Below, in pieces: positions 1-55,141 of a stretch of 64,000 bases of DNA. The notes beneath the pieces were generated by a model. That model made no database searches. It saw only the letters and a program-made list of their open reading frames with translations, and was not told the DNA's origin. The DNA is from Eledone cirrhosa (Eukaryota): NCBI GenBank assembly GCA_964016885.1, contig OZ024762.1, positions 3,162,001 through 3,226,000 on the forward strand, given 5' to 3'. Position numbers and translations under genes: made by a program. Each line of letters begins with the position of its first letter. Position 1 is the stretch's first letter.

Positions 1-37
1 CAAGTGAGAGAATTCTAGCCAGATAAGGCCGGTTTAA

Positions 38-531
38 CCCTTTAGCATTTAAACCAGCCATATTCAGCCAGAATTCTCTCACCTCCTTCTGTTCAAACCA
101 GCCACTCCTACTGATGTTAAGGTATTGTTCTCAAAATAAATTATATCAAAATCCCATAGATTCGATATTCTGTGAGGTAAAGCCTTTAATGCAAAAATAC
201 AATAGTAAATATAGAGTAATGTAAATGCTAAAGCAGGCATGGGTAACCTTTTTCGAGAAGTGGGCCGCATGAGATATGGCTCATCATCAGACAAGCCACA
301 AACGCTAATTTACATTCGTGCCTACATTAAAAAAGAAGGCAGTAACTCAGGTTGTTTTGATTTGTTTCTTCAGAATTGGTACACATTTTCCTCGATCATA
401 AAAATGATAGAAAGATAAATTACAACTGAAAATTTGGGGTTAAAAAATCAGAAAGATTTCACTTAGGTGACTTAGGCGAGTCATTCAGAAAGCTTTGCGG
501 GCCACAGGTTGTCCATGACTATGCTAAAAGG
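38..531. mobile_element. piggyBac-type MITE (TTAA-flanked) interrupted by a nested element
   Basis: TTAA|CCCTTTAGCATT ... TGCTAAAAGG|TTAA; body matches other copies in the window. Confidence 0.75.
234..521. mobile_element. hAT-type MITE nested in the piggyBac-type MITE
   Basis: Imperfect TIRs CAGGCATGGGTAACCT / AGGTTGTCCATGACTA; 8-bp TSD TGCTAAAG / TGCTAAAA. Confidence 0.75.
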
Positions 532-1207
532 TTAAGGTACTGCTCCAGAACAGACATGGTCTAGTGAATGAATGCAGTAGAAGAATGTAGAATTTATTTC
601 TTTATTTCGATTAATTCATTTAGTTGAAGAATGCATGCAACTGTGAAGGATCCAGTAACAGGATAAAAACCAGATTATTTGGTTTACTTAGAATTTACAA
701 GATATAATCAATAACCAATCAACCAATCAAAATCAATCAAAATCAAGTTATTCCAATCAAATAAACATATTTGATGTTATGACAAAATTTACAAAAAAAG
801 TGAGGCTTTATTTTATTTATGTGTGTATATATATATATGTGTGTGTATATATGTATATGTGTGTGTGTGTATGTAATATATATATCATCACCGTTTTACG
901 TCCATTTTTCCCCGCTAGCATGGGTTAGACGAGTTGTCCTGTTGTGGGCAATGCTAGGTCAGGTGACCATGTCTTGCTCATATAGATATATATAAATATA
1001 TATTTTAATGACCGGGTTCAGTATGAATCCGGTGACATCATCAGGTAATTCAAAATATAAAGGAATATATCAGATAAAAATCTTTGGTGTTTAAATCAGA
1101 GATGGCGGTCGACGTAGACACAAGTCGCTAAAATACTGGCCGCCCTCTTGTCTCTGATTTAAACACCAAAGATTTTTATCTGATATATTCCTTCGTTATA
1201 TTTTGAA

Positions 1208-1265
1208 TTACCTGATGATGTGACTGGATTCATACTGAACCCGGTCATTGAAATGATCATAGTAA
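1208..1265 (+). ncRNA. Minimal type I hammerhead ribozyme motif (Penelope-like)
   Basis: TTAC-CTGATGA-stem II (TGACTGGATTCA/TGAACCCGGTCA)-GAAA-palindromic TGATCA-TA-GTAA. Confidence 0.65.
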
Positions 1266-1737
1266 AATAAACCTTTCAAGGATTTACACCAGAACATGCC
1301 TCCTGTTATTTTGTAATAATCAACTCCGTACTCGCACCACCAACTACACAAACGAAGATGGGGGGTTGCATTACGTTGAGTGCTTTCCATAACATTACAT
1401 CGTGGCTGACCACACAGAATGACCAGTTCTTACCCATGGTGAACCAACAAACCCAAATAAATATATATATATATATATATATATACTTAAGAAAATTAAC
1501 AAAGAAAGGACAAGACAACAAACGGAAACAAAACAAAAAACAAGGGGAAACCTTAAAAAATTATTTTTTAAATAGATATACAAACGAAAGACACAGAACT
1601 CCATGGTCATCGGCCGTTGAGATAGACTTGGGCAGTTTTGACCCCTACCAACGGTACTGCTGGTTCATCTGGAAAATCACAGCTTAAACACTGTCCAAAG
1701 GAGTACGAGACAAAAGACAAAACAGTTTATAGATATA

Positions 1738-2046
1738 CAGTGTATCCCCGGCATTCGTGGAATCTCCCTTAGAACCAAACTAATAATTATTCGTGGCAAC
1801 CCCCGCATATTCGCGGAATCGTAAATATCTTCCAACATTTTTTTTTGTGGCAATATATATTTTTTTAACGCTAAATTATTAATAACAATCTACCATATTT
1901 ACCGGCCTATTGGACACCCCTTGCCATAAGACACTCCCTCTTTTTTTTTTTATTATATTTTGATGTTTATAGGCATTTTTATGGACCACGTCCAATATTC
2001 GCGGTTGCTCTAGAAACGTAATCCCCCGAATACCAGGGGTCAACTG
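1738..2046. mobile_element. Tigger/pogo-like MITE
   Basis: TA|CAGTGTATCCCCGGCATTCG ... CGAATACCAGGGGTCAACTG|TA imperfect TIRs. Confidence 0.55.
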
Positions 2047-2888
2047 TATATATATTTTTTTTTTTTGTTTTTTTTTTTGCATAATTTTTATTATTTCTTC
2101 TCCCTCCTTTTCATTTCTGGTAATTAATTTATTAATTAGTAATTATATATATAATTGAATTTTAATTAATACAATACTGTAGAAATTAACGAGGAAATTG
2201 TTCACCATTCTATATTTCGACACCATAAGAGAACTACAACACCAAATCTATTTGAACCGAGAGATTTTTTTTTGGCGGGGGACTGAAAGATTCTCTCTCT
2301 CTATTTCTCAAATTTCCTTCCTCTTTTTTACCCCTCTTTTGGAAAGACAGAGAGAAAAAAAGACTCAACAACAACAGTGACGACAACAACAACAACACAA
2401 ACAATACAAAACTGTTGAGAAATAAATAAATAAATAGTTTTACTGATGCCAAGTGAGTCATCAAAGAATTATTTTAGTTGTTGCCATTTTTCTTTTTTGT
2501 ATAATAGTTTTTTTTTAAATCTATCATTGCTGTTATTATTATTATTGTTATTATTATTATTATCGTTAAGTGGAAAAACATCGATTTAGTAGCATGTATA
2601 TATATATATATATACATGTGCGTGTGATGGATATGTGTATGTATATATACAGAGAAAGATATAGATTATATATATATATAGAGAGAGAGAGAGAGAAATG
2701 TCTATATATATATATATACACATATACTGAAAGATAAATAAATGCATAGATTTTATATATATATATATTTAGAGAGAGATTATATATATCATCATCATCA
2801 TTTTACAACCGCTTTTCCCTGCTTGCAAGGGTGGGACATATATATAATCTCTCTCTCTCTCTCTCTAAATATATATATAAAATTTATC

Positions 2889-2921
<33 letters not shown>

Positions 2922-3116
2922 CAATGATATTAAATAAATGGAAACTATATTTATAAAACCATATTTATTTTATTATATATATTTCAAGAGTACCAAAATT
3001 TAGTTTCCATTTATTAATATCATTGATATTATACTCCAGAAAAACTGTAGAGTGCTTTGAATCTGTTATAAATAAATTTGTTGAATAACCAACAAATTAA
3101 ATATCTCTTTGCTTAC

Positions 3117-3160
<44 letters not shown>

Positions 3161-5223
3161 GTGTGTGTGGTTAATATGAAGATAGATAGGAATTGAAAAA
3201 CAAATGACTTTAACCTTGAAGAACTTGAACCAGAAACCTCAATATCGAACACAACAACAACAACAATGAAATCTACAATAATTATTAGTTGAATGAAGAA
3301 ATCAACAGAATAGAACAAATCAATGTGATTTAAGGAGTTACACACACATGAACTGTGAAGGAGGTGTGTGTGGGTTGCGACATGATAGAGTGCAGGGAGG
3401 CAATAGGTAAAGATATAGTGATAGATGTTGGAAGAGAGAGTGCAAGGAGAGGGGGGGGGGTAGATTGTGAGGAGACAGAGAGCAAGGGTAGAGATAGAGA
3501 GAATGTGAGGAGAGGGAGTGCAAGGGGTAGAGAGAGGGGTAAATGTGAGGAGAGAGTGCAGGGGTAAATGTGAGGAGAAGGAGTGCAAGAGTAGAGAGAG
3601 AGGTAGAATGTAAGAGTAGAGAGAGAGAGGGGTAGTAGGTAAGGGTAGAGAGAGTGAGGTAGAAGCTAAGGGTAGAGAGAGTGAGGTAATAGGTAAAGAG
3701 ATGAGGGTGGAGAAATATGTTTATTTCAAGATTATCTATAATTCATAAACAACAGAATTTACTACAAAACAGCAGCAGCAGTTATGTAACTAAGGTAAAT
3801 CAGTACCAGCTACACATATACACATACTTATACACACAAACAGTGTATATATATAGATATATATACACACACTGTATATATATAGATATATATACACATA
3901 TACATACATACACAGACAAGCAGTGTCTATATATATATATATACATACACACACACAAGCAGTGTGTGTGTATATATATATATATACACATATACACAAG
4001 CACTGTGTCTATATATACATACACACACACAAGCAGTGTGTGTATATATATATATACACATATACATACACACACACACACAAGCACTGTGTCTATATAT
4101 ACATACACACACACAAGCAGTGTGTGTGTGTCATCATCACCGTTTTACGTCCATTTTTCCACACTAGTAGAGTTGTCCTGTTGTGGGCAATGCCAGGTCA
4201 GGTGACCATGTCTTGCTCATAAACAGTGTGTGTGTGTATATATATCTAAGAAAAATGATTTTAAAAAAAATGGGGTCTTGAAAAGCACACCTGGTATATA
4301 TATTAAAAAAACGCTCTTTATAACATGTACAAAAAATTTTTTGTACATGTTATAAAGATCATTTTTATATATATACCACATGTGCTTTTCAAACCCTTTT
4401 TATTATCATTTTCCAACGTCTAATCTTCTTTATGACATATATATATATACACACACAAATACATAAACATATAGTATATATTTATATATGCATATACATA
4501 TATATATATATATATATATCAAATATGTAAATTAAATTATGATATAACTAACAATGTTTGGTAATATATGTTTTATCCTAACGGGACTCATGGGAATTAA
4601 AACAAGATATACATACCTCAACAGATTCATCTTGTCTAAAAATATAACATACCAGAGAATGTAAAGGGATATAATTTATAGGCAATGAAGTTGTTTGGTG
4701 TGTCACTTGATATTTTATTTACCTGTCTTAATATTTCGGGGTTTATAAAAAACCCTTCTTCACAAAAATTTAATGAGGGACTTGCTTGTTGCCTTCAATT
4801 TATTTCAAAATCTACCATTTATTTTGCATTGTCCTACCCTTCGAAAAATAATGTACTACTTTATACACTGACATAATGCTTTCAAGCAAACTATAACATG
4901 TATATATATACACTGAAGTATTGACATGGGACGTCTGCTGAAGAAGTGCAATTTGCCCAGTTATCTAACTAACTGCTGATAATACGTAGTTTTCTGAACA
5001 CTGCAGATTTAACATCTGCAACTGTGAAGTATGTTGCACAGTAACGAATTCATCCAGGAGGGTTAGGGTTAACACAGCCACCGTACTTGCTATTAACTAA
5101 AATGTGTGCACTCTGAACTACTAGTTGCAGTTGCATTACTACAACCAGGCAGATTTATTGAGGGAGCTAGATGTTCGACAGGGACCATTGACTTAATAGC
5201 AACGATCTTCATAAATAATCGAT

Positions 5224-5257
<34 letters not shown>

Positions 5258-5437
5258 AGATAAATATAATTTTGGCACAGCACCAGTTATTTAAGTGGGG
5301 CTGGGGACAATCAATTAAATTTATTCTAATTGATTGGTATTTTATTTCATCGACTCTAAAAGGATGTAAGTCAAAACTGTCCTTGGCAGGATTGGAACTG
5401 GGTGCTACTTTATGTTGTGTCACCTGCATGACCATCT

Positions 5438-5484
<47 letters not shown>

Positions 5485-5519
5485 GTATATATATATATTT
5501 ATATATGTATATATATATA

Positions 5520-5557
<38 letters not shown>

Positions 5558-5616
5558 ATCTGAGTTTTTCGAATATTAATAATAATATTCGATCCGTTTG
5601 CAATTAAGCAAACAGC

Positions 5617-5647
<31 letters not shown>

Positions 5648-5952
5648 TCACACTCACACATATATATATTATATATCTAAAGTCTGTCTTAAGCCAGAAG
5701 GCTTACTTGACCGGTGCTTATCCCGGTTTCATGGCGTGAAGTGACAAAGTACAAGACTCCCCCTGGACAGGACGCCAGTCCATCGCAGGGCTAAACCCCC
5801 AGCTATTGCTGGTACTCATTTTCAGCTGAGTATACTGGAGCAACGTGAAATGAAGTGTTTTGCTCAAGAACACAACACGCAACCCAGGAATCGAACTCAC
5901 GACATTACGATTGTAAGTCCAACACCCTTACCACTAGGCCACATGCCTCCAC

Positions 5953-6015
<63 letters not shown>

Positions 6016-6543
6016 CACACACATATATAAATATTCACACATATCATCATCATCATTTAGCATCTATTTCTCCATGCTTGCATGGGTTAGATGGGTCATC
6101 TACGCCAGGAGGCAAGTCTGGCCAGCGTTGACCATGTCGCACCTTGCTCCAGCTAGGACTGTAAATTAGCAGGTACTTTACAGCTGGATGCCCTTCCTAA
6201 CACCAGCCACAATTACATTTATTTACATAAATATTCACAGATACACATATGTATACATAAAATATACATACACAAAGAATATATATACTCACACATATAC
6301 ATACATATACAAATAAATAAATAAATAAATGAATAAAAGAAAATAGAAGTTTTAGACAGGTTTTAATTAAAATTTTGAAATGATTTTTAAAACAAAACAA
6401 AAACATTACAACTAAAAAAAACTTTAAATATTTTGAGAGGAAAAAATTTAATAATTTAAATAGAAAACAAAAAATACAAAAATTGCACAAATGTTTTTTC
6501 TTACATTATTTTCCATATTTGTATGAGTGTGTGTATATATGTG

Positions 6544-6579
<36 letters not shown>

Positions 6580-6830
6580 TACACATATATACATAAATAT
6601 ATGCACACACACACACATATATATATAAATATATATATATATATTTCTTCTCTCCCTCTTCTATCTCTTCATACATATTGTTTGCTTAAATTGAATGTGG
6701 TGGTGGTGGTGTGTGAGGTGGTGGAGGGGGTAAGAAACAAAACAAAAAAACTAACAAAATATGTAAAAATCAACAAAAGAATTTAAAAAACAAAAAACTG
6801 ACTAGTTTTGTGAGATTTGTATTGTATATA

Positions 6831-6887
<57 letters not shown>

Positions 6888-7177
6888 TATATATAAATAT
6901 ATATATACACATGTATATATATAATATATATATATGTGCGTGTGTGCATATAAAAACATTCATATGTACATACATTCATGTAATACAAAAATCACACAAA
7001 TACATATATACACATATATATACATACATGCACACATATATTATATATGTGTGTGTATGTATACACCTATATATATAAGAAGGCTAAACAATGCAAAACA
7101 AAACTAAGATTACCAGGTAACTTACATTTTCATTTCTCTCATCCGACCTTCCATTTTGTATTGTTTTACCTTCTTAT

Positions 7178-7573
7178 ATATATCACTTTCCACATTATAT
7201 ATTATATACAATGCTATATATATCACTTTCCACATTATATATTATATACAATGCTATATATATCACTTTCCACATTATATATTATATACAATGCTATATA
7301 TATCACTTTCCACATTATATATTATATACAATGCTATATATATCACTTTCCACATTATATATTATATACAATGCTATATATATCACTTTCCACATTATAT
7401 ATTATATACAATGCTATATATATCACTTTCCACATTATATATTATATACAATGCTATATATATCACTTTCCACATTATATATTATATACAATGCTATATA
7501 TATATCACTTTCCACATTATATATTATATACAATGCTATATATATATCACTTTCCACATTATATATACAATGC
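7178..7573. repeat. 40-bp minisatellite, about 10 copies
   Basis: Unit TATCACTTTCCACATTATATATTATATACAATGCTATATA. Confidence 0.95.
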
Positions 7574-7638
7574 TTCAAGCAAACTACATTTTATGATATA
7601 TAAGTATGTATGTATACATCTATATACATATATTCATA

Positions 7639-7727
7639 CAGGGTATCCCTCAAATATGTCTACACACTTTGATTACCTGTACAGCCAATATTTATTAGAA
7701 TTGTGTCTACAATTTTTGGGGACACCC

Positions 7728-7728
<1 letters not shown>
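7639..7728. mobile_element. About 90-bp Tc1/mariner-type MITE (copies near 18330-18404, 30876-30963, 52049-52126)
   Basis: CAGGGTATCCC ... GGGACACCCTG termini, TA context, repeated in the window. Confidence 0.65.
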
Positions 7729-7778
<50 letters not shown>

Positions 7779-9104
7779 TTCAAGAATCACTGACAATAAC
7801 AAGGTGTATTTTTTAAAACAGTCAGTTGAGTTTTCAACAGACTATGGTGGGTGGTGCTAGGAGTGGGTGTCTGTGTGTCTGAGGTGCTCGCTAGAACATA
7901 CCATTCAGAGGGCCAAGGTATTAACTCAAGGACAGGGTTCCTAGGGCTTCAAGTACTTTGTATTTCACATTACTCCTTTCTGGTATGTCGATTTTTCACC
8001 CCATTACAGCACTCACACACAAAATTGAATAGGGTCCCTAGAGTCCTTGCAGGAGATCTTCTAGCCTTCAGCCTAGTTAGCCTTATGAATGAATATTATG
8101 GCTTGCATCAACAAGGTATTAGGGTAACAGCACACACACACACACACACACAGCATACCCAAACAAGAAAAAGTAAATAGGACCCCTAATCACTGCAGGG
8201 CATCCCCTAGGCTTCAGCACTAGCCTTATGAACAAACATTATGGCTTGGAGCAACAGGGTATTGAGAGTAACAGAACACAAAAAAAAATTGAACAGGCCC
8301 CCAGTCCCTGTAGGTTTCAGCCTGGTCAGCCTTATGAACAAACACGTTATGGCCTGAACCAACAGGGTGTTGATAGCAACAGACACCCACCCTGTCCCCA
8401 CCAACCAAACAGTGGGTGCCACTTCAATTAGTGTAGTCAACAGTAGTAACCTAGAATTGCTGGGGTAACCCACCCAAGTTGCAGGAGATTGTCAAACTAT
8501 ATTGGCAGTGGTTAAACCTCTCTACTTGTTTAGAGGAGCACTTTAGATTAATGAAAGACAGGTCAAGCAGACAAACATAATAATAATAATAATGAAAAGC
8601 ATTCCAATCATGGCCATCACATCTTAAAAATAAATAAAATTATATTGTATAACATGCTTTTTTTTTTTTTTTTACTTTTGAGAGTTGTAACGTGCAATTT
8701 TTTTGTTTCTGTTTCATTTAACTCTTAACATCCTGTAATGATTTCACAGAAAATATCTAAAAATTATGTTTTGTTAATTTAAATTTAAATGTTTATAGTA
8801 TCTTTACTAGTTAACAGATTGTTGTGAAAGCTCAAGGTGATCTTGTAATGATTTAGCAGAAAATATCTAAAAAAAAATGTTTTGTTAATATAAATTTAAA
8901 ATTTATAGTAACTTTACTAGTCAACAGATTGTTGTGAAAGTTCAAGGTGAATTAAAGTAAAGACTTAAATATTTAATGTGATAGAGTCATTGTTGTTTTG
9001 TACTTTCCAAGAATGTCATGCTAATAAAGTTTCATGTAGTTCGTTAATTTAAATGTTTATAGTATTTTTACTGATGGACAGATTATTGTGAAGACTTTAA
9101 TATT

Positions 9105-9385
9105 TCGGAAACATGTTTTCACACTCAGAGTTTCTGAAGCATGGAACAAATTACCTGCATCAGTTGTTAGCTGTCAGGACACTGCATCCGTTAAACCTTC
9201 CCGAAATTTGCCAACACTACACCTGATATTCCCCCTCCATACACACATGTATCTGTGTTTATCATGACTCATACACTGATTACTCTGACATTTTTACATT
9301 ATTCTATATACAATATATTCACCTTTGATGAGTTGTGCACCTGAGCACTGTACACAATAATTTCATTATTATCATTATTATTATT
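9105..9385 (+). mobile_element. CR1/L2-group LINE 3' end fragment
   Basis: Translates RKHVFTLRVSEAWNKLPASVV, followed by a 3' UTR and (ATT)n tail; it interrupts a local tandem duplication. Confidence 0.6.
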
Positions 9386-10327
9386 TTTAATGTGATTTAG
9401 TCACATTGTTGTTTTGTAATTTGCAAGAATATCATGCTAATATAGCTTTATGTGGTTTGTTAATTTAAATGTTTATAGTATCTTTACTGGTGGACAGATT
9501 GTTGTGAAGACTTTAATATTTAATGTGACGTAGTCATAGTGTTGTTTTGTATTTGCTATTTTGCAAAGAATGTTTTACTAATGTGGTTTTATGCAGTACA
9601 GGACATTATGAGTTAAAGAGGGAAAAGAAACAAGTTCACAAGTGCAGAAAAAAAAACAGTTTTAAGTAAGAATTTAACCCATTTCTCAGTGGGTTAAAGC
9701 TTGAAATACGAACCACCAATAAATTTTTAACATTATTCTAAACATTTGTGTTATCGTTTTTATGCACCTTGCACGGGATGGATGAAAACCAGGGGCCTAT
9801 TTCAGTTTCATAAGTGTTAAATGAGAGAACAGCAGAAAGCCATAATTTTTTTATCATTTTTTTTTTATAGGAAAGGGGTTGAAGTAAACATTCAATTATT
9901 ATTGACCTCAGTACGTGGCTGGTATTTTATTTGATTGAACCTGGTAGAATGAAAGGCAAAGTAGACATTGGTGGGATTTGAACTCAGCTGGGTAATAACT
10001 GGAATAAATACAAGACATTCTGTTTGACACCACTCTAAAGATTAGGAATCTCCACCATCTTGAATAATAACAATAGACAAATACATACACACACCCATAC
10101 ATATAGACATACCTACATATATAGACATATATACAGACAGATACACATACATCATTTTACGTCCACTTTTCCTTGCTTGCAAGGGTGGGACATACATACA
10201 TACATACCTACCCACACACACATAGAGAGAGAGAGAGAGAGATACATACAGGCAGACACATACACACATATATCCAGACATACAAACTTTCATACATATA
10301 CACAAACGCATATCTATACACATACAT

Positions 10328-10363
<36 letters not shown>

Positions 10364-11329
10364 CATAGATTTTTAATTGTAATGCTCAGATTTAGTTTTG
10401 TGTAATCTACTTCCACAAATATATATAACAGCTCATATTGATATATAACTATACACAAACATACACATAGACACACACAAACATACACATATAGACACAC
10501 ACAAACATACACATATAGACACACACATACATACACATATAGACACACACATACATACACATATAGACACACACACACATACATACACATATAGACACAC
10601 ACATACATACACATATAGACACACACATACAAACATCAAGTATTATCAGCATTTAACATATTTTCTACATACATGCACGCACAATATATGTGTATGTGTG
10701 TGTGTATACACATATATACATACACACACACATAAATATATATATATATACACACAAATATATATACATAAACAGATATATCATTATCACTGTTTAAGAC
10801 TTATTTGCCACACACACACATGTGTAGACACACATACACATGTGTATACACACACTTTAAAATCAGTGAAAATAAAGAGTAAAAATATAAGCAGCACAGC
10901 CATATCATATTGAAGTAATTGAGGAAGGAAGGAAATAAGGAAAAACCTAAATAGGTTGCTAATGATTTCTTTAATAGTCAACAGGAAAACCCTGTCATAG
11001 AAAGTGGAGGGCTTGCACACACATACACACATACACTTCTTTGGTTATAGTTGCACATACACTTACTCATGTATGCGATCATGTAGACCTGTGTGTATGT
11101 GTGTATATATATGTATGTATATTATATATATATATACATACATATATATATATACATATATGTGTGTGTGTTTGTGTGCATGGGTTAAGTGTGTAACTAC
11201 AGTCACAGGCGATTGTATTATGCCAATATATGCTGCAACAAAGACATCGATAATATATACACACATGCACACATATATATGTTTATGTGTGTGTGTTTTT
11301 ATATATATATATGTTTATATGTGTGTGCG

Positions 11330-11386
<57 letters not shown>

Positions 11387-11885
11387 TGTGAGAGAGAGTG
11401 AGAGAGAGAGAGAGAATGCCACCAAACATCTTGGAATATTGATCTAGCTGCTGTCCACACAGTGGACTCTACTGAAAAGTTTACATTGGTCAGTGGCGGC
11501 CACATGGGCCAGCTACTCTGGCCATCTGCCACCATGCTTTTATCAATGAAAATGAGATAGCAGTGGGTGGAGGTTTAAGGGAGAGAAGGATAGTAGTAGT
11601 AGTGGTGGTGGTGGTGGTGCTTGTGTCAGTGTGTGTGGGGGGTAGGACAAGAGAGAAGATCAGCTGTTAAAAGGAAAGGGTAAAGGAGAGGGTGGAGTGA
11701 AAGGTTGCAGAAAAAGGGGGTAGGTGGGTAAATAGGTAGGTGGGTGGGTGAATGAGTTTCAAAGAGGTGGAGAGAGAAAAAAAATAGTATTATATTGTCC
11801 ATAATAATAATAATAATAATGATAATAATAATAATGATAATAATAATGATAATAATAACAGGAGGAAGAAGGATCTGCTGGCAAA

Positions 11886-53197
<41,312 letters not shown>

Positions 53198-53471
53198 CTA
53201 AGAAGAAAGAAAAAAAGAGGAAAAGATGACAAAAAGAAGAAAAGATGACAAAAAGAGGAAAAGATGACAAAAAGAGAAAAAGATGACAAAAAGAGAAGAT
53301 AATAAAAAGAGGAAAAGATGATAAAAAAAGAAAAAAGATAAAAAGAGGAAAAGGAAATTAAAAAGAATGTAATTAATGCAATAATAATTGTAGAAGAGTC
53401 ATGTTAACCATTGGGGGTCTGCTGAGCCTGGAGAGGTTGGAGTTGTAAACTTCATTTATTTTTGGCTTTCA

Positions 53472-53539
<68 letters not shown>

Positions 53540-54174
53540 ATGTATGTGCATGTGTGTGTGTGTGTACGTGTGTGCATGTGTGTGTATGTATGAGTGTGTA
53601 TATGAACACGGAAAATCATCATTATCACCGTTTGACATCTATTTAACATCCTTGCATAGGTTAGACAGGCTGTCTACATTATGAGACAAGTCTGGCTAGT
53701 TGACCGTACCTTGCTCAAGTGGAACTGTATTTTAGCTGGGTTTTTACATCTAGATGCCCTTCCTACCACTAATGGTTAAGATTTAATCAAGGTAGTGATT
53801 AACCCAAGAGAAAATTTTACATATATAGTCTAATTATGAGAAAATGGAAAACGTAATAAATTCATTAGAGAATGTTTGAGTAAGAAAAAACGTTGCTTAC
53901 TGTAACTGTTCTAAAAGTTTTAAAATGTATGATACTACAATATATCTAGGAAAACGTCTCATGAATCATAACAGCCAGTGATAGCCACTGGAAAAGGATT
54001 TATAAAGAGGGAAAGATAAAGATAAAGGGTTAATCACTACCTTGATTAAATCTTAACCATTTAACATCTCATGGTATGTCATGTATCATTTATTTTGTCT
54101 TGTCTTGCTCGTATAGGACTGTCTGGCGGGTTTTCTACGGCTGGATGCCCTTCCTAACACCAACCGCGTTTACA

Positions 54175-54239
<65 letters not shown>

Positions 54240-54240
<1 letters not shown>

Positions 54241-54465
54241 CCCACTCTGTAAAGTGGTCATGTAGGTGTCACGACAAAAAACACCCAGCACACACTGTAA
54301 ATGTGGTTGGCGCTAGGAAGGGCATCCAGCTGTAGAAAACCAGCCAGAAACAGTCCTATATGAGCGAGACATGGTCACCTGACCCAACTTGCCTCTAAAT
54401 GGGACAAACTCGTCTAACCCATGCTAGTGTGGAAGAGACGTCAATTGTCGATGGTGATGACGATG
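54240..54465 (+). mobile_element. SINE body/tail module 3 with (GAT)n tail (more than 12 copies, e.g. 885-980, 6045-6205, 23170-23400, 28400-28535, 34780-35050, 50420-50680)
   Basis: Recurrent GGAAGGGCATCCAGCTGTA core and TAACCCATGCTAG.GTGGAA...GATGATGAT tail. Confidence 0.8.
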
Positions 54466-54684
54466 ATATATCTTAGTCCCAGAATGTAACAGCTAATCTA
54501 ACACATTCAACTATGGTGAATAAATGTAAAATGGTGATGATATATGTGTGTGTGTGTGTGTGTGTCTGTGTCTGTGTGTGTGTGTGTGTGTGTCTGTGTC
54601 TGTGTGTGTGTGTGTGTGTGTCTGTGTCTGTGTGTGTGTGTGTGTAATATATATATAGGTAAGTGTATATATCTATTATACTGT

Positions 54685-54719
<35 letters not shown>

Positions 54720-54822
54720 GCAGACAACTGCTGCACTGCAACAATCACCACATGTGTGTCATCTGTCTTTGGCCTTTTTACTGTTGCTGCTGCATTGTTG
54801 TCTCTGATTCTTCTACCTTCTG

Positions 54823-55141
54823 CACTACCACCACAACTACTACCATGATCACAACTATCTCCACTACCACCACAACTACTACCATGATCACAACTATCTC
54901 CACTACCTACACTACCACCACAACTACTACCATGACCACAACTATCTCCATTACCTTCTACACTACCACCACAACTACTACCATGACCACAACTATCTCC
55001 ATTACCTTCTACACTACCACCACAACTACTACCATGACCACAACTATCTCCATTACCTTCTACACTACCACCACAACTACTACCATGACCACAACTATCT
55101 CCATTACCTTCTACACTACCACCACAACTACTACCATGATC
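54823..55141. repeat. 51-bp minisatellite
   Basis: CACTACCACCACAACTACTACCATGACCACAACTATCTCCATTACCTTCTA units. Confidence 0.9.

Noticed and set aside
2200-11885. Exact SCHIP1 3' UTR end and poly(A) site
   Set aside because: Many minus-strand AATAAA motifs occur in this AT-rich DNA; the site cannot be chosen without transcript data.
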